64,000 nucleotides of DNA, from contig JASGJH010000001.1 in the NCBI GenBank assembly GCA_047601445.1, positions 2,912,001-2,976,000 of the forward strand. Direction: 5' to 3'. The notes under the pieces are model-generated. The model worked only from the letters and a program-made list of their open reading frames with translations, made no database searches and was not told the origin of the DNA. The stretch comes from Myxococcales bacterium (lineage in GTDB: Bacteria > Myxococcota_A > Polyangia > Polyangiales > DASUME01). A program made the translations under genes and the position numbers. Position 1 is the stretch's first letter. Each line of letters opens with the position of its first letter. Shown here piece by piece: positions 41,618-50,448 of this stretch.

Positions 41618-42222
41618 CTCGACTCCTCCGTAAGCTGAAAGAGCACACGTTCCATCAGGGACAGTCCACGCGAGAGACGCGACTTCACGGTACCCTCCGG
41701 GATCTGCATCTGGACCGCGATTTCAGCGGCGGTCATGCCCTCGAAGAAGGTGAGCTCGAGGGTCATGCGCACCTCGGGCGAGAGGGTGGCGAGCGCCTCC
41801 GAGATTGCGATGCGACGCTCGGTCTGCGGCATGCTCTGGGCGAGTACACGCAGCGCACCGTGTGCGAGCTCCCGGCGAGCGCTCGCCTCGCGCCCCCGGC
41901 GCCTGAGGCCGTCGAGCGCACGGGAGCGGGCCCTGACGAGCAGCCAAGCTCGCACGCTGGCACGCGTGGGATTGTAGTCCTGCGCGTTGAGCCAGGCCTC
42001 GAGGAAAACCTCTTGCAACACGTCCTCATTGGAGCGGCCGCCCTCCGCGCTCGTGCGCTGGGACACGTGACTCAACAGCGAAAGCACGGTGGCGGCGTGC
42101 CGGTCGTAGATCTGCGCGAACGCCTCGACATCCCCCTGCGCCGCGCGCTGCATCAACGCGGCGTCGCTACCACTGTCGCTGGAGGGACGCAGCACGGGGC
42201 GTGAGCGTTGGGCCTGAGTCAC
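41614..42222 (-). CDS. ECF sigma factor (SigK/ECF18-like)
   Basis: EDVLQEVF...W, WL...RSRALD, FFEGMT..EIA...PEGTVKSR. Confidence 0.9.
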   Translation of the reverse strand: MTQAQRSRPVLRPSSDSGSDAALMQRAAQGDVEAFAQIYDRHAATVLSLLSHVSQRTSAEGGRSNEDVLQEVFLEAWLNAQDYNPTRASVRAWLLVRARSRALDGLRRRGREASARRELAHGALRVLAQSMPQTERRIAISEALATLSPEVRMTLELTFFEGMTAAEIAVQMQIPEGTVKSRLSRGLSLMERVLFQLTEESR

Positions 42223-42321
42223 ACATCGAGAGACTACGCGCTGGGCGCCCCGGGCGCGAGGGCGGCGGCATTGACGAGCCTCCTCCGAATCTTGACCGGC
42301 AAAGCACGCTCGGGGGCCATC

Positions 42322-42750
42322 CTAGCCCTTTTTCGCTCGTGTTTTCCGCTGGCGGGTGCCCGCACCCGCCGCCTCGCGTACCAGGCGACGAAAGGTTGGA
42401 CACTCCATGTGGCTCGGCGCAGGACAGGCGGCGGCATGCCTGAGCCCCTTGCTGAGTGCGCCGAGTCGTCGCGCTGTCGCCTCGAGCTCCTCTGCCTTGG
42501 TCGCGAGCATCGCGCGGTCGATGCGGAGGCGCCCGTCGGGCGCGAACATGCCGGCGATTTCCTCGAGCGAGAACCCTGCGGCACTGCCCAGGGCAATCAG
42601 TGCCAGACGCTCGAGCACCTCGGGAGCAAACTGGCGCCGGAGGCCGCGCCTGCTCGTGGAGACGATGAGCCCCTTCTCTTCGTAGTAGCGCAGTGTGGAG
42701 GCGGGCACGCCGGCCCGCTGGGCCACTTCACCGATATCGAGAACGCGCAT
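42322..42750 (-). CDS. MerR-family regulator
   Basis: IGEVA..GV..STLRYYEEKGLI, GFSLEEI, CPAPSHMEC. Confidence 0.92.
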   Translation of the reverse strand: MRVLDIGEVAQRAGVPASTLRYYEEKGLIVSTSRRGLRRQFAPEVLERLALIALGSAAGFSLEEIAGMFAPDGRLRIDRAMLATKAEELEATARRLGALSKGLRHAAACPAPSHMECPTFRRLVREAAGAGTRQRKTRAKKG

Positions 42751-42762
42751 CGCTCAACCTTC

Positions 42763-42793
42763 TTGACTTCAAGTCGACTTGAAGTTGCAGAGT
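42763..42793 (+). promoter_or_regulatory. MerR-type promoter: TTGACT, 19-bp spacer, perfect 20-bp palindrome ACTTCAAGTCGACTTGAAGT (42766-42785)
   Basis: Palindrome directly visible between merR and the divergent methyltransferase. Confidence 0.85.
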
Positions 42794-42831
42794 ATAGCGT
42801 GTGCCTCGGCGCACGGACCAAGGAGACGCGC

Positions 42832-43683
42832 ATGGACCCCTGTCAGCAACAACAGGACGACGAGCAAGCACGACTTTGGAATGGCCCCGCCGGGCGTGCC
42901 TGGGTCGACGCTCAGGAAGTGCTGGATGCGATGCTGGCACCGTTCGAGCATGTGCTGGTGAAGGCAAGCGCAGGGCGGCCGGCGGCCCGCGTCCTCGACA
43001 TCGGCTGTGGCACCGGGAGCACCACGCTCGCCATCGCACGCCAGCAGGGCGAACGCGCTGATTGCACCGGAGTCGACCTCTCGGAACCGATGATCGCGCT
43101 TGCCCGGGCGCGCGCAACGCGCGAGGGCTCCAAGGCGCGCTTCCTGCGTGCGGATGCCCAGGAGCATCGCTTCGAGGCCGGGCGCTTCGACCTGCTCGTC
43201 TCGCGCTTCGGCGTGATGTTCTTCGTGGACCCGGTGCGAGCCTTCCGAAACTTGCGGGCCGCCGCCGCGCCGTCTGCCGAGCTCTGCTTCGTGGCCTGGC
43301 GCGGCGCGGCAGAAAATCCATTCATGACCACGGCCGAACGCAGCGCCGCTCCACTGCTTCCCAGTCTCCCCGCGCGCCGCGCCGGCGGACCCGGACAATT
43401 TGCCTTCGCGGACCCGGCGCTCGTGCGCAGCATCCTGGAGCAAAGCGGTTGGGACCAAGTCGACGTGCGCGCCATCGACGAAGCCTGCGCGCTGCCGGAG
43501 GCAGCGTTGCTGCCCTATCTGAATCGGCTCGGCCCGCTCGGACTCACGCTGCAGGCGGAACCTCCGGACGTGCAAGCAGCCGTGGTCGCCAGGGTGCGAG
43601 AAGCCTTCGAACCCTACGTACAGGGCACGGAGGTTCGCTTCAGCGCTGCGTGCTGGTTGATCTCCGCGCGCGCCCCGGCGTGA
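42832..43683 (+). CDS. Class I SAM-dependent methyltransferase
   Basis: WNG..G..W, VLDIGCGTG, SRFGVMFF.DP, PGQFAFAD; AAGGAG RBS. Confidence 0.92.
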   Translation: MDPCQQQQDDEQARLWNGPAGRAWVDAQEVLDAMLAPFEHVLVKASAGRPAARVLDIGCGTGSTTLAIARQQGERADCTGVDLSEPMIALARARATREGSKARFLRADAQEHRFEAGRFDLLVSRFGVMFFVDPVRAFRNLRAAAAPSAELCFVAWRGAAENPFMTTAERSAAPLLPSLPARRAGGPGQFAFADPALVRSILEQSGWDQVDVRAIDEACALPEAALLPYLNRLGPLGLTLQAEPPDVQAAVVARVREAFEPYVQGTEVRFSAACWLISARAPA

Positions 43684-43710
43684 AGCCCTACGCACGCACG
43701 CGCGTCCCGC

Positions 43711-44715
43711 TCACCACACGCGCGGAAGCGGAAGTCCCAACGCAACGCACCAGGCTCCGACAACCAGCGCCGCCGCACCCACGCCCGACGCCCACTGCCC
43801 GAGCGTGGAGCGCGGGCGAAGGCCGCTGAAGCCAACGGCCAGGCCAAGGCCGATGCCCGCGAGTCCGCCGAACAGATGCGCGAACAAGTCGCTACGCTCA
43901 CTCGATCCCAACAACGCCAGCAGCGCGAGGCTCCCTCCGAGCGCAGTCCACGCGGGCCGCAGCTTGTGTGCGCGTTGCCGCGCGTGCACATAGCCGAGCC
44001 CACCGAGGATACCGATGGCCCCGAAGACCGCCGTGGAGAAGCCCACCGAGCTGTGCAGAGCATGGTGAGCCCAGGCGTTGATCCAGTTGCCGGTGGCGCC
44101 AGCCGCGAGTACGAGCGCAGCGCCGAAGCCGACCCCCTCCGAGCGCATCACCGCGCCCACGACGAGGGCACCGATGCCCACGTTCGAGACCACGTGCGCC
44201 GTATCCGCGTGCAGCGTGAGCGCTGTGACCGTGCGCCACCACTCACCCTGCAGCACCCGCTCTGCGTCCGACGCACCCCCACTGAACCAGGCCGAGGTTG
44301 CCGCGCGCGGACCCGTGACTCCAAAGAAAACCAGCAGCATCAGCGCCACCAGCAAACCGCCCCACACCGCGTGACGCGTGACCGGTTTGTTCCCCAGGGC
44401 GGCATCAGCCGCGGCCGCGCGCCGTGTCTGCAGCTCCTCCGCGTCGGCAGCAGCGAGCTCGGTTTCAGCGCCGTCGCGCTCGTGCTCCGGAACGTGCAGC
44501 TCGAAGCGCCCCTCGTGCCAAATACGCAGCGGGTGCAAGCCCATCGACACCAGCACCAGGGCCCAAGCCTCGAGCCGGCGCAGGTCGTGGGTGACGCGGA
44601 CCGGCTCGGGCATCGGCGGCTCGGCCATGACGGCAGCCGCGGGCTCGACAGGAGTCGTCGGCAAGATCTCGATCGAGCTTGGCGGACGTGGCGGCTCGGA
44701 ACTCTGCTCCAGCAT
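43711..44715 (-). CDS. Rhomboid intramembrane serine protease
   Basis: GEWWR.VTAL.LH....H..SN, VGFSTAVFG, AHLFG. Confidence 0.9.
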   Translation of the reverse strand: MLEQSSEPPRPPSSIEILPTTPVEPAAAVMAEPPMPEPVRVTHDLRRLEAWALVLVSMGLHPLRIWHEGRFELHVPEHERDGAETELAAADAEELQTRRAAAADAALGNKPVTRHAVWGGLLVALMLLVFFGVTGPRAATSAWFSGGASDAERVLQGEWWRTVTALTLHADTAHVVSNVGIGALVVGAVMRSEGVGFGAALVLAAGATGNWINAWAHHALHSSVGFSTAVFGAIGILGGLGYVHARQRAHKLRPAWTALGGSLALLALLGSSERSDLFAHLFGGLAGIGLGLAVGFSGLRPRSTLGQWASGVGAAALVVGAWCVALGLPLPRVW

Positions 44716-44954
44716 GGACACCTCGGACTCGACGCAAGGCGCCACCGGAATGAGCGCCAGAAAAAGCCGCCCAGACGAGCTGTGCGCGCACGAAAAGAAC
44801 AGTCATGGGCGGAACGGCGTTCGTTACGTAGGGACACTGGTAACCAGCCCCAGGAGTGACCGCAAGAGCCAACGAATGGCCGCCCGTAGCAAATCGGTCA
44901 GCTGCTAGCGTCACCCACATCGGACCTCTCTTGTTCCTTTGCTTGGTGATTCTC

Positions 44955-45929
44955 ATGCACAAACTCTTGCCGAACTTACTGGCTCCCGGCCTCCTGCTCT
45001 CTCTTGCCATGGGCTGTGGCGCCGACGGTGCCCCCCCTTTGACCCCGGACGCCGACCAGGGCGACCACCCCCAGCCGGGCGACGGGGACGGCGATGGCGA
45101 TGGTGACGGCGATGGTGACGGATACGGTGATGGTGATGGTGACGGCGATGGCGACGGCGATGGCGACGCCCCCCTGCCCGATGCAGGCGCGAAGCCCGAG
45201 CCCAAGCGCAAACCGAAGTGCATGAAGAAGGACAGTCAGCTGATCGTGATCGGCGACTCCTACATCAATTGGGTCAGCCACAACTTCCCCAACGACATCG
45301 TGGAGGCCTCGGGGCAGAAGTGGCGCATGCAAGCGATCGGCGGCATGTCGATGGCCACCGGCGGCGCCGGCTATCCCCTGGGCGTCTACATCCCCAACCA
45401 GTTCGACGATGCCATCAAGGCCGACCCCGACGCGCACACCGTGTTGATGGACGGCGGCGGCAATGACGTGCTCGTGGGTTGGATCGAGAATGGCGACATC
45501 GAGAAGTGCAAGGACACCGGCTCCTCGCAGCTCCCGGTCTGTCACGACGTCGTCACGCGGGCCCTCGAGAAGGCGGGGGCGCTGATGGATCGCGCTATCG
45601 CCGCGGGCGTTCGCGACGTCGTCTATTTCTTCTACCCGCACATCCCCGAAGGACGCGACATCGGCGGACCGCACCCGAACGAGATGCTCGACTACGCGCT
45701 GCCGCGGGTCAAAGAGTTCTGCGACGGACGTGAAGCAGCGAGCGGCGGCGCCCTGCGCTGTCATTTCATCGACATGGTCCCCGTGTTCAAGGACCACACG
45801 CCCGCTTGGTTCAACGGCGACATCCATCCGAACCCGGACGGCTCAAAGGCCATGGCCCAGGAAATCTGGAGCCGCATGAGCGAGTGGTGCATTGGCCAAA
45901 AGGAATCCTCGGGCTGCTGCGAGCCCTGA
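44955..45929 (+). CDS. SGNH/GDSL hydrolase lipoprotein
   Basis: MGC lipobox, IGDSY, DGGGND, DIHP. Confidence 0.9.
   Translation: MHKLLPNLLAPGLLLSLAMGCGADGAPPLTPDADQGDHPQPGDGDGDGDGDGDGDGYGDGDGDGDGDGDGDAPLPDAGAKPEPKRKPKCMKKDSQLIVIGDSYINWVSHNFPNDIVEASGQKWRMQAIGGMSMATGGAGYPLGVYIPNQFDDAIKADPDAHTVLMDGGGNDVLVGWIENGDIEKCKDTGSSQLPVCHDVVTRALEKAGALMDRAIAAGVRDVVYFFYPHIPEGRDIGGPHPNEMLDYALPRVKEFCDGREAASGGALRCHFIDMVPVFKDHTPAWFNGDIHPNPDGSKAMAQEIWSRMSEWCIGQKESSGCCEP
45078..45167 (+). repeat. Coding hexamer repeat (Gly-Asp)n
   Basis: ggNgaY x ~15 in the lipoprotein linker. Confidence 0.9.
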
Positions 45930-45980
45930 CCTGCACCAAAGGGCCTGTCCCTCGAACCATCCGCTACACTGGCGCTCGCG

Positions 45981-46835
45981 ATGAACCGCATCACGTACTT
46001 CCCGCCCGAGACGCAGCGCCAGTACGCGCTCAACCGCGCCCGCGTGGCCAACAAGCCCTATGCCCACTACTTCGACGGTGATCTGTGGATCCACGACGAA
46101 GCCATGGAGGCCATCCGCGCTCCCATCGACGCAGCGCTGGCGCTCGCGCCCACGGCTACGGACATCAATCGCTTGCTCGACCCCGGGTACCTGCCCGTGG
46201 AGACCGGCTACTGCGAGCTCCCGGACGGCAGCGCCTACGTCGCGAGCCGTGTACCCTTTCCGGGCTGCACGGGCGACATGCTGGCGTGGTGGTTCTGGTG
46301 GCACGCCGTGGAAGCCGAGCGCTACACGCTCTGGTATCCACACAACCACGTCTCCGCGACTCCCCTCGATCGCTCGGTGCTGGAGCGGCCTGGACTCAGC
46401 CACGTGCAGCGCTACGTGGGCACCACGCACAGGGTCGACGAGTTCATCGGTCCCACGCGCATGCAGATCACCATCCGCTTCGTGGAGCCGTCCGAACTCG
46501 GCCTGGCAGAAGAGCGCTTCGCGGCCGCCGGCATCGTCGGCCACGCCTGTGCCCGCGTCACCTTGTTGCCCGCGGGTCTCGAGGCGGTGACCATGGTGCA
46601 CCTGGCGCGCCAGACATCCGACGGCTTCGAGCTGCGCAGTCACTACTGGCTCGGCCATGACGTGCGCCTGCGCGGACTCTCGGTGGACCGCATGGGCGCG
46701 GCGCTCGGCATCAAGCGGCGCATGGGCGGCGCGCGCATGGCCTACGAGCAGCTGCTGCACGACCAGATCGAGTTCACGCACCTCTCGACCTTCCTCGCGC
46801 CGATCTACGCCGAGTTCGGCCCCGCGGGCCAGTAG
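45981..46835 (+). CDS. DAPG hydrolase (PhlG) family protein
   Basis: LL.PGY..ETGYC..PDG..YVA, M..WWF.WH....RY.LW.P..H, EFIG, E.RS.YW.G, H...EF.HL..FL..IY.EF. Confidence 0.85.
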   Translation: MNRITYFPPETQRQYALNRARVANKPYAHYFDGDLWIHDEAMEAIRAPIDAALALAPTATDINRLLDPGYLPVETGYCELPDGSAYVASRVPFPGCTGDMLAWWFWWHAVEAERYTLWYPHNHVSATPLDRSVLERPGLSHVQRYVGTTHRVDEFIGPTRMQITIRFVEPSELGLAEERFAAAGIVGHACARVTLLPAGLEAVTMVHLARQTSDGFELRSHYWLGHDVRLRGLSVDRMGAALGIKRRMGGARMAYEQLLHDQIEFTHLSTFLAPIYAEFGPAGQ

Positions 46836-46849
46836 CGCGAACGGGGACG

Positions 46850-47236
46850 TCAGTCCGCGAAGACCATCCCAATCTGCTGATCGAGCGCCGCCAAGCCCTT
46901 GATCGCACAGCGCAGGGCGCTCTGACGGGAACCGAGCTGCAGCTCGGGCGCCTCGAACATGGACTCACCCAGGTCCTGACGCTCGCCGTCGATCTCCAGG
47001 ATCACGTCGAAGCACGCATCGGCCAGCTGCTGCAGCGCATCCTGCGAACGCATGCTGCCCAGCTCGTCGGCTTCCTCCTGCGCGGACTCGGATAGCTCCA
47101 TCAACTCCGCGGCCAGGAGCGCGGTGGCGCGCAGCTGGGTCTCGAGCGTGCTGTGGGTGAGGTCCGCCCGCGCGCTGCGCAGGCGGTCGTCGAAGGTGTA
47201 ACTGAACCCCTCGAGCTGACGACGCATGCTCGACAT
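46850..47236 (-). CDS. Small acidic all-helical hypothetical protein
   Basis: GC3-biased ORF from ATG 47236; no recognised motif. Confidence 0.55.
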   Translation of the reverse strand: MSSMRRQLEGFSYTFDDRLRSARADLTHSTLETQLRATALLAAELMELSESAQEEADELGSMRSQDALQQLADACFDVILEIDGERQDLGESMFEAPELQLGSRQSALRCAIKGLAALDQQIGMVFAD

Positions 47237-47626
47237 GCGAGCGCGCACGGACGCGAAGGGCTGGGGGCGGGAGTCAACTGCGAGCGACAAGGATGCGTAG
47301 AGATTTTTTGCTTGCACGGTGATGAGACGAGACTGCCTTGGCCATCCCAAGTCTCGCAATAGCGTGCCTGGGTACAACGCGATCCGCCCATCGGAGGCAT
47401 CACGTTTTGGGACAGTAGGCATCACTCCCACAACCCGGAGCATCTACGCGTCAACACTTGCGATCCGGCGCTTTCGCGGGGTCTCGAGCAACCCAAGGGT
47501 GAAAGCCGGCTGTGCTCGCCCCCTGACCAAAGCCGTCGCCCAACGCCCCCACGCAGCCCCCTCGCACGCGCGAGAGCGTGTCACCGGAGCGGCAAAAAAC
47601 TGTCGCGCGGACGCTGTGAAAGGTTC

Positions 47627-47825
47627 GCCATCCGCCAGCGGCCATCCGCCAGCCGCCCATCCACCCGCGGGAGAGCCGCAAGCAGCTGCCAGCGTGCGGC
47701 AGCGGCCAACAGCGCGCGGCTCGTTGCACGCGGCTCGCTGCATGCGGCCAACAGCGCGCGGCCCGTTGCATACGGCCAGTGGCTCGCTGCATGCGGCCCG
47801 CTGATGGCGGATGGCCGCTCGCGGC
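47627..47825. repeat. Degenerate 7-bp periodic array bounded by 14-bp inverted repeats
   Basis: Units caacagc gcgcggc tcgttgc acgcggc tcgctgc atgcggc...; gcggccatccgcca (47638-47651) pairs with tggcggatggccgc (47805-47818). Confidence 0.8.
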
Positions 47826-48395
47826 TTACTTACACTCGCCCTTGTACGCGACCGAAACCCCAGCGCTCGCAGCAGCGCAAGCATTGCCGTAGGGCTTGTC
47901 GTCGCAACCACAGACGGGATCGTACTGCAGCGTGCAAGCCTGAGGCTTCTTCGCGCAGACGCCGGTTTGATCCGCGGCGCCGCACTGCGCATCCGCGGGG
48001 AAGCTACAGTACTCGCCCGCGCCGCAGCCCTTGCCTTGCAGGCCGCCGCACAGCGCACCGGGCGCGGAGCCCGCGCACTCGCCCTTGGCCTTCACGGAGA
48101 CCGACGCGGAGCGCGCTTCACAGGCGTTGCCGTAGGTCTTGCCGTCGCAGCCGCACACAGGCTGATACAGCTTGTCGCATACCTCGGGGATCGCAGTGCA
48201 CTCGCCCTGCTGATCTCCGGAGCCACACTGCGTCGACGTTGGAAAGTTGCAGAACGTGTCGGGCTCTTCGCAAGCCTTGCCGGCGATGCCACCACAGGCT
48301 TCACCGGTGCCAGGGACCGGTTCTCCGGGCAGACAGGCCACTGCGAGCACACTTCCGGTCACTGCAAGTGCAAGATTCTTGATCAACGCGTACAT
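47826..48395 (-). CDS. Kazal-type protease inhibitor lipoprotein, two repeats
   Basis: AVAC lipobox; CDKLYQPVCGCDGKTYGNAC and CTLQYDPVCGCDDKPYGNAC, each preceded by a CGG..G..C module. Confidence 0.9.
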   Translation of the reverse strand: MYALIKNLALAVTGSVLAVACLPGEPVPGTGEACGGIAGKACEEPDTFCNFPTSTQCGSGDQQGECTAIPEVCDKLYQPVCGCDGKTYGNACEARSASVSVKAKGECAGSAPGALCGGLQGKGCGAGEYCSFPADAQCGAADQTGVCAKKPQACTLQYDPVCGCDDKPYGNACAAASAGVSVAYKGECK

Positions 48396-48537
48396 GGGCG
48401 CCTCCACAGAACCGTAAGTGGCCACCGTAAGCGCCGATTGTGAGAAAAAGCGCGCGCGCCGGTGCCGAATTGGAGCGTGGAAGAAGCGTGCCGTAGCTGC
48501 GGATCCCGGCCCGCCGCGATATTTTTTTTCTCCGCCC

Positions 48538-48564
48538 TGTCGATCCACGTCCGCGCCATTCGTC
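48538..48564 (+). promoter_or_regulatory. ECF42-type promoter TGTCGA-N17-CGTC
   Basis: Matches the ECF42 target motif as I recall it and lies directly upstream of a DGPF gene. Confidence 0.7.
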
Positions 48565-48632
48565 GCCTTCTCGTACGGGAGGAGCTAGCGGCCACAGCAG
48601 GTCGGGGCGACCTCCTCCGAAAGGAGCCGAAG

Positions 48633-48995
48633 ATGCGAGTCATGGTCATGGTGAAGGCAACCAAGAATTCCGAGGCCGGCAAGCTGCCCAACCCGGAGCT
48701 GCTCGCCCAGATGGGAAAGTTCAACGAGGAACTGATCAAGGCCGGCATCATGCTCGCCGGCGATGGACTGCGCCCGAGCAGCAAGGGCAAGCGCCTGCGC
48801 TGCCTCCAGGGGAAAAAGACCGTGGTCGACGGTCCGTTCGCCGAGACGAAGGAGCTCGTGGCCGGATTTTGGCTATGGCAGGTCAAGTCCGTGGACGAGG
48901 CGCTCGAGTGGATGCGCCGCTGCCCTGATCCCATGCCCGGTGAGGATTGGGAGCTCGAGCTGCGTCAGCTCTACGAGGCCGAGGACTTCGTCTGA
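48633..48995 (+). CDS. YciI/DGPF family protein
   Basis: DGPFAETKELVAGFW; AAGGAG RBS. Confidence 0.93.
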   Translation: MRVMVMVKATKNSEAGKLPNPELLAQMGKFNEELIKAGIMLAGDGLRPSSKGKRLRCLQGKKTVVDGPFAETKELVAGFWLWQVKSVDEALEWMRRCPDPMPGEDWELELRQLYEAEDFV

Positions 48996-49072
48996 GTGCG
49001 GGTTTGGAGCAAGCGTGGCCGCGACGAAACGGCATCAGCCGCCACGCGCGTTCACGGAGCGGGACCGCGACC

Positions 49073-50297
49073 CTAGCTCGGACTCGCCAGCTCGGTCGGC
49101 GACGCCGCCTGGCCGGGTTGCTGGAGCGCCGAGCGCGGCGCCGCTGGAGGAGCGCGGCGCGCCATGAAGCGGTGCAGTGCAGGGAGCAGCGTGCGGAAGA
49201 GCTCGTCGCGCACGACGCGCTGGAGTCGCGAATCCTTGCTCCCGAAGCGGAAGAGATAGGGATGCACCTTCTCGCGGGTGTACTCGTCGCGGCCCAGGAT
49301 GTGCCGCGCCGCTAACTTCCCGCTCAAGCACGACGGCGTGATGCCGTTCCAGAAGTCGCGCTGGGTCAGAGCGGCCGAGTCGCCGATGATCATGCAAGTG
49401 TCCTGGTTGGCGCGCACGGGACCTTCGCTCTGGTGCAAATAGAGAGAGGAGCCCGCCGCGCTCACCGCGTCGAAGTTCGGATCGAGGAGGCCCTCGGTCT
49501 TGAGGTGCGCGACGAACTTCATCCAATGAGGATTGATGGAGCCCACCTTCGCGGGGTCGCCCACGCAACAGACTCCGATGTTCGTGAGGCGTCCACCTTC
49601 GCCCTTGGGATAGAGCCAGCCGAAGCCCGGGATATCATCGAAGTAGAAGTAGTTGAGCATCAAGCCACCACTGCGGCTCTCGTGTACCTCGGCTTCGCGC
49701 AACACCACGAGGTCGGAGCGCCGATACTGCTGCGGGAAGAACGCGCGCCGCACGGGGCAGTGGGTTCCACCCGCCCCGATCAAGAAGTCGCTCGTGTAGA
49801 TTCGTCGCACCGGCTCGCACGCGATAGCGCGGCTGTGTTCCCGCCGTGTACTGGATGTCCTGGCTGCGCACGCGCGCCCGCGGCAGCACCGTGGCGTCGG
49901 ACTGACTCGAGATCCACGCCTCGAGCTCACCGCGCAGAGCGAAGTAGAGGGTCTCGTCGAAGAGCGGCTTGGTCCAGCGCTTCGGCAGGGCCCCGTAGGT
50001 GCGCCCACCGAAGAAGAGCCGAATCTTCTGGTCGTCCTGCACCAGCAACTCGCCGGGATAGTCCTCCGGCTTTCGTTCCAAGATGCGGAATGTTTCACCG
50101 AAGATGCCGGAGCAGGTCTCGCTCCAACGCGGCATCTCTCCCGCCTCCAGCACCAACGCGCGTTTGCCCGCTTCGCTGAGAAATTTGGCGGCGGTTCCGC
50201 CGGCAACGCCGCCACCCACGATGATCACGTCGTAGTGCGTCGCGGCGCGTGGCTGCGCGCGCGAACCCGGCCCGCCTGCATGATGAGCGTCCATCAC
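49073..50297 (-). CDS. Geranylgeranyl-reductase-like FAD oxidoreductase, frameshifted near 49801
   Basis: YDVIIVGGGVAG and TCSGI in 49635..50297; LIGAGG, FGWLYPKG, NIGV, IIGDSA..NGI in 49073..50215. Confidence 0.8.
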
Positions 50298-50448
50298 GAT
50301 GTGTCCCCTTCCGTCGTGACCGCGAGCGTAGCGACCACGCGCTCCGCGTCCAGCTCGACGCAGCGATGCAGACAGGCGCGTGCCAGCGTGCTACGCAAAA
50401 TAAGACGTCGGGTTAGCGCGAACCGGCGACTTCTGGAGGAGAGGATCG

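Noticed and set aside
46850..47236. Possible four-helix-bundle (IVP/Avd-like) protein linked to the heptamer repeats
   Set aside because: Only a vague LxxQLR similarity; it lacks the S...NIAEG motif and lies about 390 bp from the repeats.
47627..47825. Possible CRISPR array
   Set aside because: No constant repeat with unique spacers, and no cas genes.
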